From Torpedo marmorata (taxonomy: Eukaryota): 64,000 nt of DNA. How positions within the stretch are numbered: the first letter of the stretch is position 1; each line of letters starts with the position of its first letter. The DNA lies in the NCBI GenBank assembly GCA_977017645.1, contig OZ360231.1:10168001-10232000 (forward strand), written 5' to 3'. The notes beneath the pieces were generated by a model. That model saw nothing but the letters and a program-made list of their open reading frames with translations. It had not been told where the DNA came from and did no database searches. Below are positions 25,312 through 38,427 of the stretch, one piece after another. The position numbers were made by a program, and so were the translations under genes.

Positions 25312-25832
25312 CTTAAGGAAGAAAGAGACAATATGAAAATACACGTACGGCAATATATTAACACTTGCTAATAATCGAGCTATGAAGTAAGTCAAGACAG
25401 AGAACTCAAATAGATGTTGGAAATACGTCTGAAGAATCTGGATTATTAGAATGAGTTCTATAGATTGACAAACTTGATTATTAAGTTAGAAAAAGCAAAA
25501 AGAGATCAAATGTAAAGATTTTATAGTCAAACGCTTCCTCTTTCCAAGCTTGATAAATTTAACTTCATGATGTTCATTCTGCTTAATTTTCTTACCCTGC
25601 CAAAGTGAAGCCAAACAAAAATTAAAATAAAAGGCTTACCTCATCAAAATGAAAATAGCCAAACAATCACCCACAAACAGAAACCTTCTATTCATACTGA
25701 TCAAACTTTCTCTTAGATAACTACATAATATAAAGCTACTTAATAGGGTGCATGTAACAAATTCTGTGAAGCCAAAAAAAAAACTCATCGTGATTTTTTT
25801 TTACCCAGATGAACAAAATATTTTTACTGCTT

Positions 25833-27594
25833 TTTTTTAAATTTTTTTTAAATATTTTATTTAAATTTTAAAATCACAAAATACATAGATCAAAAATAAT
25901 ATATCATTCCAAATACATGTGATATATTTCCTCCCTCCCTCCCACCCTCCCCTCCCCAACCCCCCCTACCACTACTCTAAAGAAAAAAAAAATTAAAAAC
26001 AAAAAGAAAAAAAAAGAATAAAAGGAAAAAAGTTGAATAATAAAGAATTAAAGTGAGGAGAAAACAAACTACAAACTAATTCTATTTATATATTGGAGGT
26101 TAATTTCGCCAGCGGAGCCGACTTCCAGAGAATTAATTCATACCCATAATTCTCATATATGGGCTCCAAATTTTCAAAAAGAAATGATATTTATTACGTA
26201 GATTATACGTAATCTTTTCTAATGGTATACATGAACGTAATTCTGCATGCAATCTATCTAAATTCAAATCTAAATCTGATTTCCAAGTAATAGCAATACA
26301 TTTTTTTGAAACCGCTAAAACAATTCGTAAAAATTCTATTTGATACATATTTAATCTATTTCTAATACTAAATTTTTTAATATCTCCAAATAAAAATAAC
26401 ATAGGATCCATTGGAAACATAATATTAAAAACTCTATCTAAAAACTTTTTAACTTTAGACCAAAAATCCTTAATTTTAGGACATAGCCATGTTGAATGAA
26501 CAAAAGAACCAATTTCATCCTTGCATCTAAAACACATATCTGATAATGCCGGATTGAATTTCTTTAATTTTTTAGGTGTTAAATATAGTTGATGAAAAAA
26601 ATTATATTGTACTAATCTATACCTAACATTAATAATTTTAGTCATACTCAATTTACATAAATCTTTCCAATGTTTTTCATCTATATTAATATTTAAATCT
26701 GATTCCCATTTTAATCTTGATTTATGGAATCCTACTTTAGGCATTTTTCTCTGAAGTAATTTATACATTTGTGATATAAATTTATTAACATTTCCATTAG
26801 TAATTAATAATTCTAATCCATCCTGTCTTGGAGCTATTAATTGATTCCCCAATTTCTCAACTAAAAATCCTTTAACCTGATAATAAGCTAAAATTGTATT
26901 ATCTAATATTCCAAATTTTTCTTTCAATCTAGAAAATGTAACAAATCTTCCAGCCTCAAAACAATCTTTAATCTTCTTAATTCCTTTTTGAAACCATATT
27001 TTTAAAAATTGATTATCAATAGAAAATGGTAAAAATAAATTTTGATACAGTGGCATATTTGGAGATAATGACCCTTTTCGTCCTATCTCATTATCTAATT
27101 GTGTCCAAATTTCCAGCAAATGTTTAATAATCGGTGAATTTTTCTTTTTAACTAATAATAATTTAGAATTCCACTTATAAATAATATCTTCTTTATATCT
27201 CTCCCCTATATTATTCAATTCTATATTAATCCAAGCGGTAGATTTAGTTAAATCAAAAAATTCATTAATAAACTTTAATTGAGCTGCCTTATAATAATAT
27301 TGAAAATTGGGGAGTTGTAATCCACCCATCTCATAATTCCAAGTTAATTTATCCATACTTACTTTCGCTAACTTTCCCTTCCATAAAAATTTCCTAATAA
27401 TAATTTTTAAATCTTTAAAAATTTTTTGAGGAATTCCAAAAGGAATAGATTGAAAAAGATATTGAATTCTTGGAAAAATATTCATTTTAATGCAATTCAC
27501 TCTTCCCATTAAAGTTATAGGTAAATCTTTCCAATTCTCCAAATCTTTCTTTATTTTCTTAAATAAAGGTGTATAATTTAATTTATATAAATTT
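25833..27594 (-). mobile_element. 5'-truncated AT-rich L1-clade LINE
   Basis: ORF 26133..27542 (469 aa, ORF2 C-terminus); T-rich tail; 16-bp TSD AATATTTTTACTGCTT at 25817-25832 and 27595-27610. Confidence 0.93.
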
Positions 27595-28009
27595 AATATT
27601 TTTACTGCTTAAATGTCTTGCATATCTGGTAACTTCTAAAGGAACAGAAATATTTCATATTATCTTATACAAGCAAAATAATTTGAAAACTACACGAATT
27701 TTGCATTCTTATCAAAGAAGAGAAAATCAAATTTACTTCAGTCTGAAGTAGCATTATGTTTGCTTCCATTTTTATTCTTTGAATAAGACTTGGTATACCA
27801 AGTAACAAAGTGATACCAAATGTTGATTACTCCGTAATCTAGTCGATCATAATTTGGTAAACCTTTAGCAAATTTGAAAGTTATTCATTGGTTGTTTTGT
27901 GCTTTATTGCAGTTTTACTGAATAGATGTTTACAGCATCCTTAATAACTATACCAATTATTAATCTGGGTTTGGCAAATAACCAAGAGGGGTTTTACTGT
28001 AAAGGTTCA

Positions 28010-28582
28010 GACCACAGAACTACAGGATATTACAGCACAGAAAACAGGCCCCTCAGCCCTTCTAGTCTGTGCCAAACTATTATTCTGCCTAGTCACACTG
28101 ACCTGCACCCAGTCCATATCCCTCCATACCCCTCCCATCCATGTACCTGTCCAAATTTTTCTTAAATGTTAAAATTGAGCTCGCATTCACCAATTTAACT
28201 GGCAGATCATTCCACACTCCCACCACTCCGTGTGAAGAAATTCCCCCTAATGTTCCCCTTAAACTTCTCCCCTTTCACCCTTAACCCACGTCCTCTGGTT
28301 TGTATCTCACCTAACCTCAGTGGAAAAAACCTACTTGCATTTACTCTATCTATACCCATCATAATTTTGTACACCTCAATTAAATTTCTCCTCATTCTTC
28401 TATGCTCCAGGGAATAAAGTCCTAACCCATTGAACCTTTCCCTGTAACTCATTCCTTAAGACACGGCAACATCCCAGTAAATCTTCTCTACACTCTTTCT
28501 ATTTTATTGATATCTTTCCTGTAGTTAGGTGACCAAAACTGCGCACAATGCTCCAAATTTAGCCTCACCAATGTCTTATACA
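28010..28582 (-). mobile_element. CR1 LINE 3' fragment
   Basis: ORF 28207..28452 SYRERFNGLGLYSLE.RRMR.NLIEVYKI. Confidence 0.85.
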
Positions 28583-28655
28583 TTGAACTGAAAATATGTT
28601 CTTATAATCATCTGAAAAATTATGATGCGCATATTATTTAATAAATTGTTCTCAC

Positions 28656-28754
28656 CTCAGTAGGAATGACCCGAAAGCTATTGAATGATAGGTTCAGATA
28701 CTTTAATGTGGAAACCAGAAGAGTCAGGTTAGGAAGCTGATGAATGAAATATCC
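28656..28754 (-). CDS. LRRC63: LRRC63-like coding exon, 99 nt, phase 0-0: GYFIHQLPNLTLLVSTLKYLNLSFNSFRVIPTE
   Basis: ttttAG acceptor at 28755-28756, GTGAG donor; YLNLSFN..PTE resembles recalled LRRC63 GFFILNCPDLTPLAFQLIYLNLSFNDLHYFPTE. Confidence 0.9.
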
Positions 28755-29121
28755 CTAAAACAAAACACATGATGAAAATCTAAGATGGGAAAAATATGTT
28801 TTCAACAACTGAATAGTATCTTCATTTCTTTAGTTGTTAACTTAGTTCAATAAGAATAAAAATTACATTGTTGTAAAATTATTCATTTACCTCATTTTAA
28901 AAATGATGTTATTGACATACTTCATGTAGAAATTCTAAATGTTTAGATATCTAATATAATGCCTTATGTTAAGTTCATAAGCTTGGTTAAAAAGCCGTTT
29001 GGAAAACAAAACGTTTTCTGGTGCATTGTAACTAAAACATGATATACCATGTGATATCACAAATTACTGTATTAAAGGCCAATGATAATAACTGGATACT
29101 TTAAAATGCATAGGAAACTTA

Positions 29122-30259
29122 TGTAACAAATGTGTTAATGTTAATATTAATATTTAAAGTTAAGTTATAGAATTATATATTTTTGGTAAGGTTATTGTGG
29201 GTTTGGAACAGGGTCACACACAGATACACAATACACTCAGAAGTGAGGTCATTTTCGGAGTCGACGTGTCTTGGAAAGGCAGAGCTATAGAAGATTGGAA
29301 GTGGTCTTAATTGAAAACTCAAGTACTATGTGTGGTTCTTAAAAGCATTTTTGTGTACATTCAGCATTAAGCTGGCAGCTGTTTCAAAACTCAAGTACCA
29401 TTTGAGTGACCTGTGCAGACGATTCGGAGTCATCCACCTATAGTTTTGGACTAAGATGAGGTCAGATGTTTTTGAAGAAATGAAATGGAATCAGTGATGA
29501 TGTCATGTCACATGATTTTGAGAAAGGATATTACTGAAGAAATCAGACATTTTGATTCAGTTGGAAGAAACCGTACCTCCTGTGAATACAGGATTGCTTA
29601 CTCTGTCAAGAGAAGAAGTAAAGTTTCAAAATCCTTTGAAAAGGATCTGTGTTCTTCTTATTAAAAGAAGGAACACCCAGTGGTATTTTAAAAGAAAATA
29701 GCCACTCTGACTGCTCTTTTAAGAAAAGAGAGGCAGCCTCATTTGTGTCCAGAGAAATGGTCACTTTTTTGATTAAGAAGTTTGAAATCATCGTGAAAGG
29801 TACAGACTCCATAACTCCTAAGGAAAATAGGAGGAAGTTTGAGGAAAATCACTCATATGGAGGGTTGAAGAATTTTGTTCGTATGAAGGAACATTGTTTT
29901 GAAAACAACTCTACAAAACAAATTTGTGAGTTTTAAAGAAATCTGATGCTTCACTCCTGCTTCATAATTACTTCTGAACCACAATTTAAAAAGATCCTCA
30001 AGTTCAACAAGATGTTTGAGACTGGACTTTAAAATTGACTTTTTCAGAATCAAGCTTAAACTGTAATAGTTTGGGATTTAATCACATACACATACATATA
30101 TACATTTGCGCATAGTGGGGTTAAGCTTAGAGTTAAGTAAGAAAAGTTATGTTATTAATAGTTTAATAAAAACTATTATTTTGAATTTACCATTGTTTGG
30201 TGAATTTCTCCATTGTTATTCCTTTGTTAGTTCATAACAAAATTTGTTAGTTCGTAACA
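29122..30259 (+). mobile_element. Solo LTR (~1.14 kb) with 4-bp TSD, probably Gypsy
   Basis: TGTAACA...CGTAACA termini; TSD CTTA at 29118-29121 and 30260-30263; AATAAA near 30165. Confidence 0.8.
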
Positions 30260-30394
30260 CTTAACAATTAAGATAACTGAATTTCTGAGTATAAAAATAA
30301 CTCAATTTCATCCACAAATGACTTATGCACTCAAACACCATTTAGTTCACACAGAGAAAGTCCTCAATTAGTATTTAAATGAAATTGATTGGAA

Positions 30395-30652
30395 GGACTT
30401 GCACAAGTTCAGGAACAGCTGTTACCACTCCACCATTGGACTCCTAAACAACATTCAATATTACTGAATATTTTTTGTATTGCACAGTTTCTTTACATTT
30501 CTTTCTTTATTTACATTTCTCTCTTTTGTATATGTATCTTTTTCTTGAGTACAATTTACAGTTACCAATAAGTAGAAATTCTGTCTGGCCCGCAAGAAAA
30601 AGAATCTCAGGGTTGTATGTACCCTGACAATAAATTTGAACTTTGACTTTGA
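30395..30652 (+). mobile_element. Rex1-like 3'UTR fragment
   Basis: TTCAGGAACAGC..; ends TGACAATAAATTTGAACTTTGACTTTGA. Confidence 0.65.
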
Positions 30653-33600
30653 AATTATTTATATAGAACTTAGGGAATATGATTTTAAAGCTAAAAATTG
30701 TAACTGGAGTGACATATGGAAATAATGCTTTTTTTGTACAGTTGCATGATCAATTGCTAACAAGTATAATAATTAGAATGACAGAAAATCTTTCTTGAAA
30801 ATTTTACATTCTAAATTCTGTTCCACATACACATTTAGTGATGGTAAATGGAAATTATTATGTTTAATCAAGTTTACAGTTTTTAACATTCAAAAATTGC
30901 AAAAGTACAATAATGGTATACTAAATCAGACAGCAAAAAAGTTAACCACTTTACCTCGTCTAACATTAAGACAAAATGGTTTTGAGATTAGTTGCCAACT
31001 CAGATTATTACACATGATTGGAATAATTAGCTGTATTTGTGATTTTTTTCCACAGGCACATATTCTGATAATTTCCAAAAAATTTGTTAATTTTACAGGT
31101 ATTCACCAAGTTGAAGAATGGAAAACAGACTTTCCTGGAATTCTGCCATTTTGCCTTAAAAATATTAATCCTGGCAGACAAGTCATGATCTGTATCGGTA
31201 ATTTGCAGTTAAGACTGGTATCAAACAGTGCAAGTGCTGACGGACAGAAAGGTTGAATCCGCACATTCTTCTTAACAATTTGTACAGGATATTCATTTCA
31301 AATGATGCTCACCGAAATGCATCTGACATTATGATTTGTATTAAAGGATATTGCAAATAAATTAATTGTGCAGTTTTAAAGATATTTATTAACCAATTTT
31401 CTTTTTATTCATTTCTAGGAGTTCAGTATTATCATAAATGAGTTTTGAATCATTTTTTCCATTTTGTTCTTCCCTTCAGCATCATTAATAATACTGATGA
31501 AATTCCCAAAGGGATTCATGTACAGTAAAAATCCTAAAATCAGGACTGCTCGGGGATTGGGTCGGTCCGGATTTTCCAGATTCTCCGGCAGTACTTTTAA
31601 AATTCAAATTTAAGGAGGAATAAAGAAGAGATGAACAGGTAAATTTTGATAGTTTATTTATTAGCAAATACAGCATGAATCATTTATCAAAACGAGCAGT
31701 TTTAAAGAAAAATAAAGTCAACACTTGACAAAAATGTAAACATAAAATTTTTTCACTCCAAAAAGAGTGTATAATGCTGAAAATATGTTTAAAAATGAAC
31801 ATTGTAAAAGAAAAATAGGGGGTGTGGCGTGATGGCGTAGGCTGGAGATGTAATAATACACCTCTCCCAACAGAATTAATTAAAAACTGTATAAAAAAAC
31901 TTTAATTTCTTATTAAAGAATTCGATTGTTTGTTAACTTTTGAAGAATATCTATAAGAAAAGGGAAAGAACAAAAGTTAAAGAAAACAGTGATTAAAGAA
32001 AGCGTAATGGAAGACGAAGTTGGGCCTACCTCCGTGATGGAGCCTCGAGGTCAGCGTCCTCTCCCTCCCAGGACGACGTGGCGAAGACGGCTAAGTTGGC
32101 AGTAGCTGGGGAAGATGGCGCTGGAGCTCGAAGGAAGATGGGAGAACTACAGACGGAGAAAGAACAACTGCGCATGCGCGAAATGGCGCGCATGCGTGAA
32201 AAGCAACGGGAGCTGTCAACTAACGTTGACAGCCAAGGAAGAATCTATCATTCAATTCAATACAATGTTGGAGAAGAACTGTCATCATCAGCGGGTTTGG
32301 AAGATGGAGGGAGAAAGAGGAGAGTGTATGAGGAAATGGAGAGAGAAGTACAAGAGATGGAGGGAGAGGAAAGAGAAATAAGTGGAGGAGAGGAAACTCA
32401 GTTATTTCAAGGTAAACAAGAAATATCAGCTACTCTTATTCAAGCTATAAATAACTTAACAGAACAAGTGTCTACAATGAATCAACGTATGGAATATGGA
32501 TTTACAGCTATAGACAGTAATTTTACTGAGTTTAAGGAAGAAATGAAAGACATTAAACACAATATGAAAAAATGTGCAACTGCTGTGGATAAAATAACAC
32601 TGAAAGTCCAGAAAGTTGAAAAAAGAGGTTAAAGAATGTCGTGAAGAAATGGTGGACTGCAAAGATATAGTGGACAAAATGGAAGATTCATTTACAGGCT
32701 GGGAACAACAAAGAAATGAACTTTTACAAAAAATAGATACATTGGAGAATTATAGTCGGAGAAATAATGTTAAAATTGTGGGATTGTCCGAAGATTATGA
32801 AGGGATAAATTCAACTGAATTCTTTCAAAATTGGATTCCAAAAACTTTGGGTAGTGAAAATTTTCCAAATGGACTTGAATTAGATAACAGAAGGAAACCA
32901 TATCCTGGACAAATGCCACGCTCAGTGTTAATTAGATGTCTTCGTTACCAGGATAAAGAGAAGATATTGAGATTAGCTGTTCAAAATGCTCGAAAGAATC
33001 AATAAAAACAGGGTATTTTTTTAATGCTGATTTAAGCGCAGCAATAATTAAAAAACAAAAAGAATTTAACCCAGCCAAAGCAATTTTTTGGAACAAAGGA
33101 TATAAATTTTCATTTAGATATCCTGCGATATTGAAGATACAGTCTGGAGAGAATCAGTCATCTTTTTTTACTGACCATCAAGAAGCTTTGAAGTATGCTA
33201 ATTCACTCCTAAATTTAAAGAAAGATCAAGATTTGATTGGGCAATCTCAAGTTATTATGGAACCGACTCAGGACTTGTTTCAATTAAGAGAGAAATTTCA
33301 AGTAACTTCAGGACAAGAAGATGTAGTCGAAATAGATGATGATCAAGTTAACAGAGATCTTGAAAATGCCAGACTGGGATGAAGAAACGATAACAAATGT
33401 TATGTAAAATCTGTTTGGGGGGGGGGTGGACTTTTTGTCTTCTCTGCACCTAACCACACGTCACCTTAGTGGCGAGGGCCACTTCCCGAACAGTAGAGAG
33501 TGGTAGTACTGGTATAAATATACCAGTATTATTATATATATTTTTTCATTTAAAAAAATATATAGTGGGGTTTTAAACTTTTTTTATTTCTTCCTTTTCT

Positions 33601-35399
33601 TTCTTTTCTAAGGAGATGTCAAATATATTACAAATGTGGGAGGGGAACCAGTCGGACAGATAGAGAGAGACTTATTAAATATTAGAAATGGCGGATAGTA
33701 AATCAATAAATGTAGTAAGTATTAATATAAATGGGCTAAATAATCCGATTAAAAGGAAGAAAACTTTAGCATATATTAAAAAATTAAAAGTTGATATAGC
33801 TTTTTTACAAGAGACACATTTGACAGAAATAGAACATCAGAAGTTGAAAAGAGAATGGGTTGGTCAAGTGATAGCATCTTCATTTAATCCTAAAGCAAAA
33901 GGAGTTGCTATATTAATTAATAAAAAGTTACCTTTTAAAATACAATCTGTGGTTATAGATGTTGCAGGAAGATTTGTCTTAATAAATTGTCAAATATATT
34001 CAGAAATGTGGACACTTATGAATACATATGTGCCAAATTTGGAAGGTGAACAATTTATTCAAGACTCTTTTATGCATTTGTCGGAAGCAAATGATAATAT
34101 TTTAATTGGTGGAGATTTTAATTGTTGTTTAGATCCAATAATGGATAAAACATCAAAATCAGTTATTAGAACTAAAACTGCTAAAAGAATTCTTACTTTG
34201 ATGAAAGATTTAAATTTAATAGATATTTGGAGGAAGTTGAATCCAAAAGAAAAAGACCACTCCTTTTACTCTTTTAGACATGATTCTTATTCTAGAATAG
34301 ACATGTTTTTATTGTAATCACAATTAGAAGACAGGGTGACTCAAGCACAATATAAAGCTAGAATAATTTCTGATCATTCACCTCTTTTAATGTCATGTAT
34401 AATTCCAGAAAAAGAAAAAATGATATATAGATGGAGATTTAATTCTTCCTTATTGAAAAGAATGGATTTTTGTAATTATATAAGAGAAATTCAAGAATTT
34501 TTACAGATTAACTCTAATTCGACTAATAATAAATGTATTATTTGGGAAGCTTTAAAGGCTTATTTAAGAGGTCAAATAATAAATTATTCAGCAAAAGTTA
34601 AGAAGGAATATATTCAGGAATTGGATAATCTGGAGAGGGTGATTGAGTTTTTGGAGAAGGATTTGCAAGAAAAGGGAACAGAAGAAAAGAGAAAAAATTT
34701 AGTTAAGAAAAAATTGCATTATAATACGTTACAAACATATAAAATGGAAAAATTAATTGAAAGAACTAAGCAAAGATATTACGAACTGGGAGAAAGAGCT
34801 CATAAAGTGTTAGCGTGGCATTCTAGGACTATAAGTGCTATAAAAAAATGATTCATTTAAGGAATTTTATTTAAATTTATATGCCTCAAACTGAAAAAGA
34901 TGAATCTAAAATTAATGAATTTTTATCTAAAATCAAGTTACCTAGATTAAATACCCAAAGGAAAAAATTTTAGACGCATCATTTACGATGAGAGAAGTTA
35001 ATGATGCTCTTAGTTCCTTAACAAGTGGAAAGTCTCCGGGGGAGGATGGTTTCCCATCAGAATTTTATAAGGAATTTAAAGATTTATTGATACCTCCATA
35101 TATGGAAGTGTTAAAACAAATAACGGAATCTCATTCTCTACCGGATACATTTTCAAATGCAATAATAACAGTTATACCTAAAAAAGATAGAGATTTGTTG
35201 AAAACAGAATCATATAGACCAACTTCATTGTTTAATGTGGATTATAAAATAATGGGGAAAATTTTAGCAAATAGAGTGGCAAGATATTTACCAGATTTAA
35301 TACATGCAGATTAAGCGGGTTTTATTAAGAATAGATATTCAAAGGATAATATTGCCAGATTGATTAGTTTAATAAATGTGGCACAAAAGAAAGAGGAAT

Positions 35400-36250
35400 A
35401 AGATTCAAGATTCAAGATTCAATTTATTGTCACAGCAATACGACAGTGTCATATACCACGAAATTTCTTTTTGCCTGCTCCAAGGCAGACAGATTCGCCA
35501 TCGGCAGAAACTGCCTAGGCGCCTCTAACATTCCTTACAGTCAGAGAAAGAGAAGCAAAAGAGAGTCCCCCCAGAGTCACCAAGTGTCCATAGATTCGCC
35601 TCCAGCGCTTCCGCAGCCACACAGAGTCCAGTCCAAACGATCGGCATCCCGAGCTCCAGATCCGAACCTCCAACACGGTCAGGTCGCCCTCGGCACCCCC
35701 TCACATCCCGGTTCCGATACCTGGTACTCCTCCAGCCAGTTCGAGCCAACCTCCAGCAGTCCGCAGCCCGTCGTGAGTCCCCCGACAGCAGTCTCCAGCA
35801 GCCCACAGCCTCCGCGGGTTCCTCGCCTCGAGTCGCCAGCAGCCCGCCGCATGCACTGGTCCTTCAGCCTCAGAGCCCCTCACCGGTCCGCCGCCCTGGT
35901 CACCGTCCCGTGGGTCGTCTCCTCCGCTTCTCCTTCTCAGACGGGGGTGATCTTCCCGTCCACTGGTGCCCTGCTCCAGTCCCCCGCTTCCCCGGAGTCT
36001 GCAGCCCATCGTGGCTGCTGCCGGTTAATAGGCGCTGCCATCTTGGGCGCAGACCCCGCGGTCGCGGGATCTTAAATAAAACCACCGTCGGCTCCTTTAA
36101 CGGGCTGTTCAAAGCCCGTGCGGAACCGACGGCAGTCGACTGGGCGGCTGGACCCCCGCGGGAGCGCTGTATCTCCGCTCCCACGCTCCTCGCGGGTCCG
36201 CACCAGCGGCAGCGCTGCCGCTTAAGCGGCTCCGGCAGCGCCGCCATCTT
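35400..36250 (-). mobile_element. Non-autonomous GC-rich retroelement with Rex1-type (GAATCTT)n tail, copy 1
   Basis: Sense strand starts AAGATGGCGGCG and ends TGACAATAAATTGAATCTTGAATCTTGAATCTT; interrupts L1 ORF2 just before LDAEKAFD; second copy at 60641. Confidence 0.8.
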
Positions 36251-36770
36251 CAGGACAGTCCTAGTATTACATTAGATGCCGAAAAGGCTTTTGATAGATT
36301 CGAATGGAATTATTTATTTAAAGTGTTGGAAAAATTTGGTTTTGGAACTACATTTATTAATTGGATTAAAACTATATATAAAGAACCCTCTGCCAGGGTG
36401 GTGACAAATGGACAAATTTCTTAAAAAATTTTCTTGACCAGGTCAACTAGACAAGGATGTCCTTTGTTGCCAGCATTGTTTATTTTAGCAATAGAACCTT
36501 TAGCAGAATTAATTAGACAAGATATTAAGATTGTAGGTATTAAAGTTGGAAAAGAAGAACATAAAATTAGTTTATTTGCAGATGATGTATTTATTTATAT
36601 GACAAAACCTATTAATTATTTAACACAATTGACTGTTTTATTGAGAGAATATGGGGAAATATCTGGTTAGAAGATTAATTCTGATAAAAGTGAAATTATG
36701 CCATTGACACAAGGAGACTATAATAAATGTAAAGAAATTACATAATTTAAATGGTCAAATAATTGAATTA

Positions 36771-38427
36771 CCGTATATTTCGGTGTATAAGTCGAGTCTT
36801 GAAACCCTCAAAATCTCTCAAAAAACGGGGGTCGACTTATACGCCGGATATGCTTTTGAGACCTTAAAATCAGCTTAAAAACTACTCCACGCCGATTCGG
36901 CATATAAGTCGACCCTTGAAAACCCGATTCGGCGTATAAGTCGACCCATGAAAAACTGATTCGGCGTATAGGTCGACACTGGAAGCACCTCCCCAACGCC
37001 GGGCGCCGCCATAAACCACCCAGACATTCTACAATTGTAGAGCCCGACGTCCCCGCTCCAACCTGGGAGCCTGAGGTCGCTGCTCCTGCCCGGTAAGCCG
37101 AGGCTCCTGGCCGGTAGGGTGAGGTTCCCGCTCCTGCCACGTAGTCCGAGTCCGGTCCCGACCTGCCGAAAGAACGAGGTCGCCGCTCTTGCCCGGGAGA
37201 ACGAGGTCGCCGCACCTGCCCGGGAGAACGAAGTCGCCGCACCTGCCCGGGAGAATGAAGTCGCCGCACCTGCCCGGGAGAATGAGGCCGCCGCTCCTGC
37301 CGGGGAGAACGAGGTGGCCGCACCTGCCCGGGAGAACGAGGTCGCCGCTCCTGCCCAGGAGAACGAGGTGGCTGCTCCTGCCCGGGAGAACGAAGTCGCC
37401 GCACCTGCCCGGGAGAATGAGGCCGCCGCTCCTGCCCGGGAGAACGAGGTCGCCGCACCTGCCCGGGAGAACGAGGTCCCTGCACCTGCTCGGGAGAACG
37501 AGATCCCCGCACCTGCCCGGGAGAACAAGGTCGCTGCTCCTGCCCGGGAGCCTGAGGTTGCTGCTCCTGCCCGGTAAGCCGAGGCTCCTGGCCGGTAGGA
37601 TGAGGTTCTCGCTCCTGCCACATAGTCCAAGTCTGTTCCCGACCTGCCGAAAAAACGAGGTCGCCGCTCCTGCCAGGGAGAACGAGGTCGCCGCACCTGC
37701 TCGGGAGAACGAGATCCCTGCACCTGCCCGGGAGAACGAGGTCGCCGCTCCTGCCCAGGAGCCTGAGGTCGCTGCTCCTGCCCGGTAAGCTGAGGCTCCT
37801 GGCCGGTAGGGTGAGGTTCCCGCTCCTGCCACATAGTCCGAGTCCGTTCCCGACCTGCCGAAAGAATGAGGTCGCCGCTCCTGCCCGGGAGAATGAGGTC
37901 GCCGCACCTGCCCGGGAGAACGAGGTCCCCGCACCTGCTCGGGAGAACGACGTCGCCGCACCTGCCCGGGAGAACGAGGTCGCCGCTCCTGCCCGGGAGA
38001 ACGAGGTCGCCGCTCCTGCCCGGGAGCCGACACGTAGCCGTGGTTCCTGCACCGAGCACACTTGGGCAGCGAGGCGACTTCTTCAATGAGGACAGCACCG
38101 CACCCGATGTGGAGAATGGAGTCGCCCGTCGCCGACTCTGGCTGCAGCCGAAGCTGAAGACTTGGACCCAGCTCCGTTTGGCATCTTCCCGGCCAGAAGC
38201 AAAGGTTTTTTTTTAAAACTGTTTTTTTAACTTACTTGCTTAATTTAAAGCTTTGTTACTTGGCGATTGGGGTGTTGTAACAAATTTTAGGTTGTTGCTG
38301 GGAGGCCCGGACAGTCTGAAAATTGGGGGTCGACTTATATGCCGGATATACAATAAAACCATTAAAATGAGGCTGAAAAAGGGGGGTCGATTTATCCGCG
38401 AGTCGACTTATACGCCGAAATATACGG
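36771..38427. mobile_element. pogo/Tc2-type MITE with subterminal repeats and minisatellite cargo
   Basis: TIR CCGTATATTTCGG(T/C)GTATAAGTCGA at both ends; TA TSD at 36769-36770 and 38428-38429; removing it restores the L1 I-K-Y-L-G sequence. Confidence 0.92.
37040..38030. repeat. GC-rich 27-bp minisatellite (GAGAACGAGGTCGCCGCACCTGCCCGG) with higher-order structure
   Basis: Tandem ENEVAAPAR units in the ORF track; arrays of about 14, 4 and 6 units, each preceded by a ~100-bp divergent block. Confidence 0.95.

Noticed and set aside
30795-31256. 153-aa plus-strand ORF in non-repetitive sequence
   Set aside because: No recognisable domain, non-ATG start, no convincing exon structure
35446-36275. 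GC-rich ORFs here and at 60618-61511 as protein genes
   Set aside because: Low-complexity translation, the longest are antisense, and indels between the two copies shift frames
37040-38030. CRISPR-like array
   Set aside because: Units are directly tandem with no unique spacers, no cas genes, eukaryotic context
36808-38216. Long overlapping ORFs (334-417 aa) as a novel repeat protein
   Set aside because: They result from a stop-free 27-bp unit inside a MITE; several frames are equally open and there is no domain or splice evidence
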